Below are positions 1-8,216 of a stretch of DNA of 15,410 nucleotides, piece by piece. The stretch is from Promethearchaeota archaeon. GTDB taxonomy: Archaea; Asgardarchaeota; Lokiarchaeia; Sigyniarchaeales; SOKP01. The position numbers and the translations under genes were made by a program. Numbering within the stretch: the stretch's first letter is position 1; each line of letters opens with the position of its first letter. The notes beneath the pieces are model-generated. The model was not told where the DNA came from, did no database searches, and saw only the letters and a program-made list of their open reading frames with translations. The stretch is taken from assembly GCA_018238625.1 (NCBI GenBank), contig JABCSY010000099.1:1-15410 (forward strand), read 5' to 3'.

Positions 1-387
1 GTTGACGTTGACGGGCTTTCCTATGGGACCTATACTTACGTAATTACCGTGTACGATGCTGATAGTAATTTCGCTACGGACACTGTAATAGTAACCGTTA
101 ATGAAGTAATTGAGGATGATACTGATAATCCTATTATTTCAGAACCGGAAGATGTTTACTATGAAGCAGGTGAAGAAGGTAATAGTATTACTTGGGTAGC
201 AACCGATGCTAATCCTGACTATTATGATCTTTATATTGATGGAGTACTTATAATAAGTGAAGATTGGGAATCTGGTGTTGATATCGTTGTCAATGTCGAT
301 GGCTTAGAAAATGGGACGTATAAATACACTATAACTGTTTATGATAAAACTGGAAATAGTGCTAGTGATACGGTTGAGGTAAAAGTA
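1..387 (+). repeat. Intragenic Ig-like domain repeat, period 96 aa (288 nt)
   Basis: 1-99 (VDVDGLSYGTYTYVITVYDADSNFATDTVIVTV) and 289-387 (VNVDGLENGTYKYTITVYDKTGNSASDTVEVKV) share 21/33 identical residues. Confidence 0.85.
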
Positions 388-513
388 ACTGGGATTTCTG
401 GTGGTAATAATGGTATTCCAGGTTATGAACTTGAAGTAATGGTATTAGTTTCCTTATTTGCTGTTATTTTTCTTATTAAAAAAAAGAAGAATAAATTGCA
501 TCACTACAAATAA
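1..513 (+). CDS. Cell-surface protein with tandem Ig-like repeats and a C-terminal Loki-CTERM-like sorting domain (5' truncated)
   Basis: Frame 1 is open from base 1 (VDVDGLSYGTYTYVITVYD...), so the GTG at 49 is internal. The protein has acidic beta-strand-rich repeats and ends in a GGNNG linker, IPGY, a hydrophobic helix and KKKK. Confidence 0.85.
   Translation, partial: VDVDGLSYGTYTYVITVYDADSNFATDTVIVTVNEVIEDDTDNPIISEPEDVYYEAGEEGNSITWVATDANPDYYDLYIDGVLIISEDWESGVDIVVNVDGLENGTYKYTITVYDKTGNSASDTVEVKVTGISGGNNGIPGYELEVMVLVSLFAVIFLIKKKKNKLHHYK
415..489 (+). other. Loki-CTERM / PGF-CTERM-like C-terminal sorting signal
   Basis: IPGY motif, then ELEVMVLVSLFAVIFLI (TM segment), then KKKK: the tripartite architecture of archaeal sorting signals. 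Confidence 0.75.
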
Positions 514-721
514 CTAATTAAAAGTTATTAGAAATTTCTTTGTCCCCTTTTCATTGTTATTTTTTATCATTTTTGTATCGGAAAATTTCCTGATAACTGT
601 TTTCATTAAACAAAAGTCTCGATTTGGGTATAATGTTGCGGAACAACGTTGTTGAACATTGAATAGTTATCATTAAGAGGTTACAAAAATCTACGGGTTA
701 GGGAAATTATTGTGTTGAATT

Positions 722-1318
722 TTAAGCGAATTTTTGCCATAAAAAATTATTTTTATAATCTGTGGATAAATGGTTATCTAATATTTCAAAGAAATGATCT
801 GGGTTTTTTTCTATTTCTTTATTATTAGCTATCCCTTCAATAATGGTTTGATATAAAAAATCTCTCTTGGTTTCGTCAATTTCTTTTATTAACTGCTGGA
901 AAAAGAAATTATTATAACCGTGAATGCCTCTCTCATATATAACATAACGATTTAAAAGTAAATGAAAGGATATTATTCCATATTTAAAAAAATCATCAGA
1001 GGATAACAAACTGATTATAAATTCTAAAAAATCAAGATCGTTAAATTGAATACCTGACTTTTTTAAAATTGAAAGATACCCAATGTTTATGAGGATGACA
1101 GAGTCAATCTTTCTTTTATGATTATAAGATTGAAAATTTTTAGTTAAAAATGGTAAACCTGCTTTCTTCAAAATCGTTAAATCGTTGCGTTTAAACTCCT
1201 TTAAGATTTTATCATTTTCAAGAAGATTTACTTCTTTTTCAATATCATCTAGTAATTTTTTGGTTTCTCTTCTTACAGCATTTCCAAAATTAATATTTAA
1301 TGGCAATTTAGTTTTCAA
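722..1318 (-). CDS. Hypothetical protein (198 aa, apparently helical)
   Basis: Long ORF in very AT-rich DNA with a TTG start 21 nt after the EamA stop on the same strand. No recognisable motif. Confidence 0.65.
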   Translation of the reverse strand: MKTKLPLNINFGNAVRRETKKLLDDIEKEVNLLENDKILKEFKRNDLTILKKAGLPFLTKNFQSYNHKRKIDSVILINIGYLSILKKSGIQFNDLDFLEFIISLLSSDDFFKYGIISFHLLLNRYVIYERGIHGYNNFFFQQLIKEIDETKRDFLYQTIIEGIANNKEIEKNPDHFFEILDNHLSTDYKNNFLWQKFA

Positions 1319-1339
1319 CTTTTTTATTTTTACATTAAT

Positions 1340-2296
1340 TTATAGGATATTAGTTAATATTTGCTTTTTATAGTTAATTATCATTATTGCGACTATTACA
1401 ACAATCCCTCCAAATATATTCCATAAACCGATAACATCGTCGCGCTGAAAGATAATTGATAAGATTAAGGTCAAAAACGGTTGCAAGTACAAAAAAGATG
1501 CAACATTTGAAGATTTTAGCTTCTTAAGAGAAAAATTCCAAATATAATAACCGATTACGAATGCTCCTAAAGCGAGGTATAAAGCGCACAGAAACACAAC
1601 GACATTTAAGACATTATTAAGAAACACATCAAATTGATTGCTGAGAATAACTAATAGAAATAATTCTAAACATCCTAATATAGATATGTTTTTAAGATTT
1701 TGAAAATCAGACTTGAACCTATTGAATTTTTTCAATTTTTTTATAACGATCGTATAACTTGTCCAACTTAACGGGGCTAAAAGAGAAAGGATATACCCTA
1801 AAAAATTGGGTGAATCAGGTTGAAGAACTCCTAAATTACCTCCCGTTATTAATAAAAATGCCCCAAAAGAGGCTATAGCGAAACCTATTATTTTTTTCTT
1901 GCTTAGCTTCTCTTTGAAAACAACAAGAGCAATAATTGTAATAAGTATGGGATTAATCAAACAATCTGAAAATACCGGTATTGACGGACCTATTAAATCA
2001 ATAGCCGAGTAGATTATAAAAAGATATAGAGACACTCCTGCTAAACTTGCTAAAAATATAAATAGCCAATACTGCTTATTAGAATTCTCATCTTCTCCTT
2101 CTACTAAAGAATTAGTCATTGGTTTATTTTTTTTTCTTAAATACCAATCAACAATAGTCATGGAAATCGCGGCAATTAATAGCCTATATAAAGCAATTGA
2201 GAGCGGAGGTACAAAATCCATGGCGATATCAACAGCTATAAAAGAAAAACCCCATAAAAAAATCATAAGAAACAATAAAAGATATGTTAGCAGCAT
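1340..2296 (-). CDS. DMT/EamA family transporter
   Basis: About 10 hydrophobic segments in two repeats, with LWGFSFIA, RLLIAA, FKEKLSKKKIIG and YLQPFLTLILS motifs. Confidence 0.92.
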   Translation of the reverse strand: MLLTYLLLFLMIFLWGFSFIAVDIAMDFVPPLSIALYRLLIAAISMTIVDWYLRKKNKPMTNSLVEGEDENSNKQYWLFIFLASLAGVSLYLFIIYSAIDLIGPSIPVFSDCLINPILITIIALVVFKEKLSKKKIIGFAIASFGAFLLITGGNLGVLQPDSPNFLGYILSLLAPLSWTSYTIVIKKLKKFNRFKSDFQNLKNISILGCLELFLLVILSNQFDVFLNNVLNVVVFLCALYLALGAFVIGYYIWNFSLKKLKSSNVASFLYLQPFLTLILSIIFQRDDVIGLWNIFGGIVVIVAIMIINYKKQILTNIL

Positions 2297-2539
2297 ATTA
2301 AGCTAATAAAATCATTTTTACTATTCATAATTAAAAGATTTTGCATTAAAATATATCCTATGTTATTTGGAATATCTTGACGACAATAGAATAAATTGTA
2401 TTTAAAAATACTTTTTACTTTTTAATTTTTAACTTTAATTTTAAATCCTAATTTGAACGATTCATATAAATTTTAATTATTTGATTAATTAATGTTGAAA
2501 TAAACAAACTAAAAATTAAAAAAAAAGAAGGAATTTTTT

Positions 2540-3370
2540 ATGAAATCTTATGTACATAGACATCCCGTTCTAACGTATTTTTTCTTAACATATGTTTTAA
2601 CTTGGACATGTTGGATCACAGTGTTTTTGATATTTGAACCTTATATCGCATCACCCGAGTTGGCACCAACTACACTTCTTATTGTCTTGGAAATCTTAGC
2701 AAAGATTGGAGCGTGTGGACCTGGGATTATTGCCCTCATTCTCACATTAATATTGAATGGAAAAAGTGGCCTCCGAGATTTTGTTAGTCGAATCTTCAAA
2801 TGGAAGGTTAACCCAATCTATTACTTGTTTGCCCTCCTCATGCCGATAGTGATCTTCATGATCCCACTTAGTATTGAGCTCATGCTAGGGGAATCATTTC
2901 CAAATACAATTGCAGAATATGGACTTATAGGCTTCATTTTCCATTATTTGAGTAGACTCTTACTAGGTAATTATGAAGAAGAGATTGGGTGGCGAGGATT
3001 TGCTCAACATCATCTACAGAAGACGTACAGCCCAATTAAAATTAGTCTGATTATTGGTGTGCCTCATGCTATATGGCATATTCCAATGTTTCTAATTCAG
3101 AGTGGTTCTATAGATTTGTTAATTTTCTTGATATACACAATTAGGGTTATTTTCTTCACATTTTTAGTCACTTGGCTATATAGTAAGACACAGAGTGTCC
3201 TTCTCACCGCTTTACTTCATGTAACAGTAAATGAAAGCTCGTTATTTCTTGCCGTGAACACAATTCAAGGCATTTTAATCTTAGTGGTTATAATTGCAAT
3301 AATAGGAATTATACTGATTTTATTCTTCGCGGAGAACAGAACAAATGTAGATGATATTGTAGAAACATAA
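2540..3370 (+). CDS. CPBP family intramembrane glutamic endopeptidase (CAAX/Rce1/Abi-like)
   Basis: Multi-TM protein with EEIGWRGF (EExxxR), HAIWH and LLHVTVN (HxxxN) motifs. AAGGA lies upstream of the ATG. Confidence 0.92.
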   Translation: MKSYVHRHPVLTYFFLTYVLTWTCWITVFLIFEPYIASPELAPTTLLIVLEILAKIGACGPGIIALILTLILNGKSGLRDFVSRIFKWKVNPIYYLFALLMPIVIFMIPLSIELMLGESFPNTIAEYGLIGFIFHYLSRLLLGNYEEEIGWRGFAQHHLQKTYSPIKISLIIGVPHAIWHIPMFLIQSGSIDLLIFLIYTIRVIFFTFLVTWLYSKTQSVLLTALLHVTVNESSLFLAVNTIQGILILVVIIAIIGIILILFFAENRTNVDDIVET

Positions 3371-3581
3371 AAAAAAATTATTCGTAATTAGTTGTATAGT
3401 TATTAAAAAACAAATCAATACTCTAGTCAAATGATGTATTTTTGTTTCATAACTTTAAGATTCTCCTTAGCAGAATTTAAAAAACTATTGATATTTACTA
3501 TGATTGATAGAAAAAGCGCTCATAATCTTTTTTTAAATAATATTTAATAATATTTAATAAATAGCTAATTAAAGGATAATA

Positions 3582-5081
3582 ATGGTATTAGAAAATTTAA
3601 AACCTAAAATTATATGGGATATTTTTGAAATAATATCAAATACCCCAAGACCTTCTAGACATGAAGAAAGAATCCGTGAAGTGATAAAAGATTTTATATT
3701 AGAGGCTGGCAAATCAAATAAGATTGATTATCAGATTTATCAAGATGGAGTTGGAAATATCCTAATCAAAAAACCAGCGACATCCGGACAAGAGGCAATT
3801 CCGCCAATAATGCTTCAAGCTCACTTTGACATGGTTTGTGAAACTGATAAGCCCGAAGGTTTTGATTTCTTTAATAAAGGGATACCACTACGCATTCAAA
3901 AAAATAATGAATGGGTTGATGCAGATGGAACTACACTAGGTGCTGACGATGGTATTGGAGTTGCATTTGCGATAGCTATTTTAGTTGATACTTCAATTGA
4001 ATCCCACGGACCCATTGAAGTTTTATTAACTGTGAATGAAGAAGATGGTTTTGATGGAGCAACTCAACTAGATCCTAAAGCCCTTGACATAAAAAGTAAA
4101 TTAATGGTTAATTTAGATGCAGGACCTCTCGGGGAAATAACAATTGGATCTGTTGGTGGAAGAAGAGTAAGGTTTTCCAAAAAATTTACTTGGAAAGAAT
4201 ATCAAGAAAGCGATGATTTGGAGTTCAATGAACTTTTTATTCACGGACTATTAAGTGGACATTCGGGAGAAGATATTCACTTACCTAGAGCTAACGCAAA
4301 TAAGTTAGTGAGTAGAATTTTATCAAAAATCAATCAAGAAATGAAAATTTATATCTGTAAATGGCAAGGTGGTACTAAATCGAATGTCATCCCGGCTAAA
4401 TCTTTAATAAAATTTGGGATAAAAGTAAAAGATCGCGAGAAATTTGAAGAATTGTTAAATGAAGAAATCTCATCAATTTTTCAATATTACGAGAAATTTG
4501 AACCTAACCTTAAAATCGAAAATAAGAAAGTTTCTCCTGGTAATTATCTGTCAAAAGAGGATTCAACAGTATTACTTTCGACCATTCATATAATCCCTCA
4601 TGGTGTGCTTAAAAAATCGCATATATATGAGGGATTTACAGAAAGTTCAAATAATCTTGCCATCGTTAACACTGAAAACGATAAAGAAGTTATTTGGCTT
4701 TATCCTCGTAGCATAATAAGAAGCGAATTGAACTCATTTTGTGTTTCTATGAAACAACTAGGAGAATTTGGGCGTTGGAGAGTTTTTTTAAGACCGGTTT
4801 TACCAGAATGGTTACCCGATCTTGAATCAAAGTTTTTAGAATACGTTAAAAAGCAATATGATACCTTATTGGAAAAACCCGTAAAAACTAACGTAATTCA
4901 TGGGGGTTTAGAAACTGGAATGATTAGTACTAGGATTTCAGGACTTCAAATGGTAGCACTTGGCCCCACAGTGGAGGCTCTACACTCTCCGAGCGAAAGA
5001 TTAAAGATTTCTGATGTTGGAAAAATATATGAATTACTCAAAAGAATAGTTTCTAACATCAAAGAGTTGAAGTCTAATTAA
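3582..5081 (+). CDS. pepD: Aminoacyl-histidine (beta-Ala-His) dipeptidase PepD, peptidase M20C
   Basis: PRPSRHE, LQAHFDMV, TTLGADDGIG, EEDG, NLD, GHSGEDIH, IHGGLETG and HSPSER motifs; 499 aa. Confidence 0.9.
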   Translation: MVLENLKPKIIWDIFEIISNTPRPSRHEERIREVIKDFILEAGKSNKIDYQIYQDGVGNILIKKPATSGQEAIPPIMLQAHFDMVCETDKPEGFDFFNKGIPLRIQKNNEWVDADGTTLGADDGIGVAFAIAILVDTSIESHGPIEVLLTVNEEDGFDGATQLDPKALDIKSKLMVNLDAGPLGEITIGSVGGRRVRFSKKFTWKEYQESDDLEFNELFIHGLLSGHSGEDIHLPRANANKLVSRILSKINQEMKIYICKWQGGTKSNVIPAKSLIKFGIKVKDREKFEELLNEEISSIFQYYEKFEPNLKIENKKVSPGNYLSKEDSTVLLSTIHIIPHGVLKKSHIYEGFTESSNNLAIVNTENDKEVIWLYPRSIIRSELNSFCVSMKQLGEFGRWRVFLRPVLPEWLPDLESKFLEYVKKQYDTLLEKPVKTNVIHGGLETGMISTRISGLQMVALGPTVEALHSPSERLKISDVGKIYELLKRIVSNIKELKSN

Positions 5082-5113
5082 TTATAAATTGATTATATAT
5101 CAAAATAATAAAA

Positions 5114-6733
5114 TTGGTGAATTATATTACTTTTGAAATCCCAAAATTAGATTATTTATGGCAATATGTGCATCATTGGGCTTCCATTGATCCAGAGTTC
5201 CCTTTTATCAAGTTTAAATGGAAGAAATTTAACGCTCAGCAATTTGCTAAAGCTATTGATCATTTAGCGGAAGCGTTTCTTAGCTTGGGAGTTAAAAAAG
5301 GCGACACAATTGTAACTATTATCCCGATGATTATGGAATATCCACTTATATATTTAGCAGCTAACTCAATTGGAGCTATTTGCGTACCTATGGATGTTCG
5401 ATTTAGATCCGCTGATTTTCAGAGATTTATACCTCATGTTGACCCCAAACTTGTATTCTTAATTGGAAAAGCACGGGGTTACGACATTGCAAATTTAATA
5501 AAGAACCTTAGTTCAAATTTTAATCCAAATGTAAAGTATTTTATGATTGGGAAAGACGAGTTCGGCACTCCCTTTGAAGAATTATTAGAAAAAGATTACG
5601 GTCTAAGCGAAGAATTAAAAAAAGCGCGTTCTAAATTGAGTCCAGATGATGGTGCTTTAATTATATTTACGGGGGGTACCACGGGCGTGCCAAAATCAGC
5701 CTTATTAACGCATAAAAATATTTCCCATGCTAGTTTCCTTGAAGCGACCTACATTCACGAAAAAGGAGTACCTTTAGGGTTAAAACCAAGGTTTAAAATG
5801 TTAAATAATTTTCCACCGAGTCACGCTGGAGGGTCAATCGAAATAATGGGAACCGTTCTAGTGGCTGGTTGCGAAATTGTGTTACAAGAACAATGGAATC
5901 CGTACGCAGTTTTAAGGGCTATTAAAAAGTTTAAACTTCAATTAATTGGAGGCGTTCCTACAATGTACGCAATAATGCTAAGTTTACCTGATTTAGATAA
6001 TTTTAATACGTCTTCTCTCGTAATATCTATTATAAGTGGTGAAAAAGTAAGTATGGACTTGTTAACTGGGATGAGAGATAAAATATGTCCTAATATTCTT
6101 AATGCTTATGGAAGTACCGAATCAGGTCCAGAGGTTACATTTACAGATATAGGGGATTCTTTAGAAGAATTAGCCAAAGGTTACATTGGCAAGCTCTTAC
6201 CTGACCAAGAAATAAAAATAGTAGACGAGAACAACAACGAAGTGCCTATTGGAGAAATTGGGGAAATGTTGTTTAAAGGAACTTTAACCATACCCGGCTA
6301 TTATGAGATGCCCGAGGAAAATAAAACGACCTTTACGGAGGATGGTTGGTGCAGATCTGGAGATTTAGGTTATATTACTGAAGATGGTAGGATTTATATC
6401 AGAGGAAGGATAAAATTCATTATTCGAGTTGGTAGCTATACAGTTCTTCCTTCAGAAGTAGAAGATGTAATAGTGAAACATCCAAAGATAGCTATGGTCG
6501 CAGCAGTGGGAATTCCTGACAAAATTTATAACGAAGTAGTTTGGGTTGCAGTGGTTCCTGAATCCGGACAAGAAGTTGTTGAAAGTGAAATTATTGAATT
6601 GTGTAAAAAAGAATTAGCGAACTTTAAAGTACCAAAAAAAGTTGTTTTTAAGAAAGAATTGCCAATTACTCGTCTTGCTAAAGTAGACCGGCCAACCCTT
6701 CAAAAACAACTTATAGAAGAGTTTAAACTTTAA
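5114..6733 (+). CDS. Class I adenylate-forming enzyme (acyl-CoA synthetase / long-chain fatty acid-CoA ligase family)
   Basis: FTGGTTGVPKS P-loop, AYGSTE, RSGDLG, IRGRIK, KVPK and terminal LPITRLAKVDR (catalytic Lys). The start is TTG 5114 or GTG 5117. Confidence 0.93.
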   Translation: MVNYITFEIPKLDYLWQYVHHWASIDPEFPFIKFKWKKFNAQQFAKAIDHLAEAFLSLGVKKGDTIVTIIPMIMEYPLIYLAANSIGAICVPMDVRFRSADFQRFIPHVDPKLVFLIGKARGYDIANLIKNLSSNFNPNVKYFMIGKDEFGTPFEELLEKDYGLSEELKKARSKLSPDDGALIIFTGGTTGVPKSALLTHKNISHASFLEATYIHEKGVPLGLKPRFKMLNNFPPSHAGGSIEIMGTVLVAGCEIVLQEQWNPYAVLRAIKKFKLQLIGGVPTMYAIMLSLPDLDNFNTSSLVISIISGEKVSMDLLTGMRDKICPNILNAYGSTESGPEVTFTDIGDSLEELAKGYIGKLLPDQEIKIVDENNNEVPIGEIGEMLFKGTLTIPGYYEMPEENKTTFTEDGWCRSGDLGYITEDGRIYIRGRIKFIIRVGSYTVLPSEVEDVIVKHPKIAMVAAVGIPDKIYNEVVWVAVVPESGQEVVESEIIELCKKELANFKVPKKVVFKKELPITRLAKVDRPTLQKQLIEEFKL

Positions 6734-6747
6734 TTAAATAAAATTAA

Positions 6748-8037
6748 TTAAGCATCTTCTAATTTAATAACCTTTCTTACTTTTTCTTGAATCTCTTTTT
6801 TCTTTTCCTCGGGAAGTTTGCATTCTGCAACTTTCCAGAACCTATATTCGTGGTTTAGATAAGCAGGACATTCTATTCGCACTTCTTCGGGACAATTTGC
6901 AAGGCGCCAACATTGGAAGGCTTGTTCCTCGTAATACTTGTGAAATTTTTTTGGTAATTTTTCGTAGTCAAATTCAGTCTTTCTAAGATATTTATCCAAA
7001 TCGTTCGAATTATAAGTGTTCCAGAAGAGGACTTTCTTAGATTTATTTTCTTCTTTTTCAAAAAAATCTAACATTGCTGCCATCGCTTTTCCCGTATAAG
7101 TTGTTTCTAATTTTAAACCTAGCTTTTTCCCCTCTAGGTCGTAAACTAGATCTACCGCTTCTTGACTTTTAACTGTTTTTACGCCGTAATTAGAACCTAA
7201 ATATCCCTTAATCATATCAAAATCACCTTTATCAACTTGTACATCGGGTATAGATTTATCTCGTTTCCTTAAATATTTAATGGATTTATTTGCGATTCTA
7301 ATTAGGTTTTTTGGGTTAACAATAATATCCCTAGAAACATTAACGGGATACACTTTAGTTTTTAATCCTAAGAGCTTACAACCGGCTGTGAGGCCTGATG
7401 CTGTTCCAGATGACCCTGCTGCTACAAAAATAACGTCTGGTTCAGGTAGAATCCCTTCACTAATTTGATTTTTTAATTCAAAAATCGCATTAATAAAGCC
7501 TATAGTTCCTAAAGACGTTCCAATTCCAAAGAGAGGTGATCCACCAATCGACATTAAATAATACTTTGGGTGAATCATTCTAAACAACAAGCTTTTGAGG
7601 ACACCAAGTTCAAACATCTTAGTAAAATGTAATTTTGCTCCAAAATAATGGAATAAAAGGAGAGAACGCTGAACATGCCAAGATATTGGTTGAAGGGACA
7701 AAAATAATTCGCATTTTAAATCCAGTTCTTTCGATATAATTGCACAAGCAGCACCATGATTTGTGCCAATGCCTCCTAAAGTTATTATCCCCTTCTTTTT
7801 TTTCTTTAGAGCCTCCCCAAATATAAATTCAAACTTTCTGAGTTTGTTGCCACCATAAATTTTATGATCTTTGTCGTCACGCTTAATATATATTTCGCCA
7901 TCGTTCAATTTCAAGTAACTTTCTAATTCTGTTAACCTATCAACATTAGAAGGTATTCCCGTTAATATTGAGATCCAAGGAACTTTTCCCTCTAAATTCG
8001 GATATACATCGAACAAGGTTGGCTTATTGTTTTTCAT
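6748..8037 (-). CDS. PLP-dependent D-cysteine desulfhydrase / ACC deaminase family enzyme with a Cys-rich C-terminal extension
   Basis: IYIKRDD, GGNKLRKFEF (PLP lysine), TNH, AAGSSGTASG and LETTYTGKA motifs. YTGK rather than YEGK argues against a true ACC deaminase. Confidence 0.88.
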   Translation of the reverse strand: MKNNKPTLFDVYPNLEGKVPWISILTGIPSNVDRLTELESYLKLNDGEIYIKRDDKDHKIYGGNKLRKFEFIFGEALKKKKKGIITLGGIGTNHGAACAIISKELDLKCELFLSLQPISWHVQRSLLLFHYFGAKLHFTKMFELGVLKSLLFRMIHPKYYLMSIGGSPLFGIGTSLGTIGFINAIFELKNQISEGILPEPDVIFVAAGSSGTASGLTAGCKLLGLKTKVYPVNVSRDIIVNPKNLIRIANKSIKYLRKRDKSIPDVQVDKGDFDMIKGYLGSNYGVKTVKSQEAVDLVYDLEGKKLGLKLETTYTGKAMAAMLDFFEKEENKSKKVLFWNTYNSNDLDKYLRKTEFDYEKLPKKFHKYYEEQAFQCWRLANCPEEVRIECPAYLNHEYRFWKVAECKLPEEKKKEIQEKVRKVIKLEDA

Positions 8038-8140
8038 AAGGATTAAAATTTGTGATAATAAAAAAAGGTTACAGATTAAGCTTCAATATTTGACAAATTT
8101 TTCAAAAAATAAGAAAGTAAATTAACTAAACTCTAATTCA

Positions 8141-8152
8141 AAAGTATATAAG
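8141..8152. promoter_or_regulatory. Putative TATA box in the divergent intergenic region
   Basis: AAAGTATATAAG on + (purine-rich BRE-like run before it) and CTTATATAC on -, lying between starts at 8037 (-) and 8217 (+). Confidence 0.45.
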
Positions 8153-8216
8153 TAAGCCAATCAAATTATTAATCAATTATTTCTTATTTTAAAAAAATTT
8201 CGAGGATTAATTAAAG

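Noticed and set aside
591-676. SECIS element / selenocysteine recoding
   Set aside because: All credible genes end in TAA or TAG, so no in-frame TGA needs recoding.
1185-1373. 62-aa + strand ORF
   Set aside because: Antisense to two longer genes, with no motif.
2419-2522. 13-bp inverted repeat TTTTTAATTTTTA / TAAAAATTAAAAA in the EamA-CPBP intergenic region
   Set aside because: Pure A/T low-complexity sequence, expected by chance.
3531-3560. 10-bp tandem repeat TATTTAATAA x2 plus one variant
   Set aside because: Short and all A/T. It has no spacers, so it is not CRISPR-like.
6873-7468. Short ORFs 6873-7061 (-) and 7280-7468 (+)
   Set aside because: Alternative-frame or antisense shadows inside the PLP enzyme gene.
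6748-8037. Calling the gene acdS (ACC deaminase)
   Set aside because: It has YTGK and lacks the Glu/Leu pair diagnostic of true ACC deaminases.
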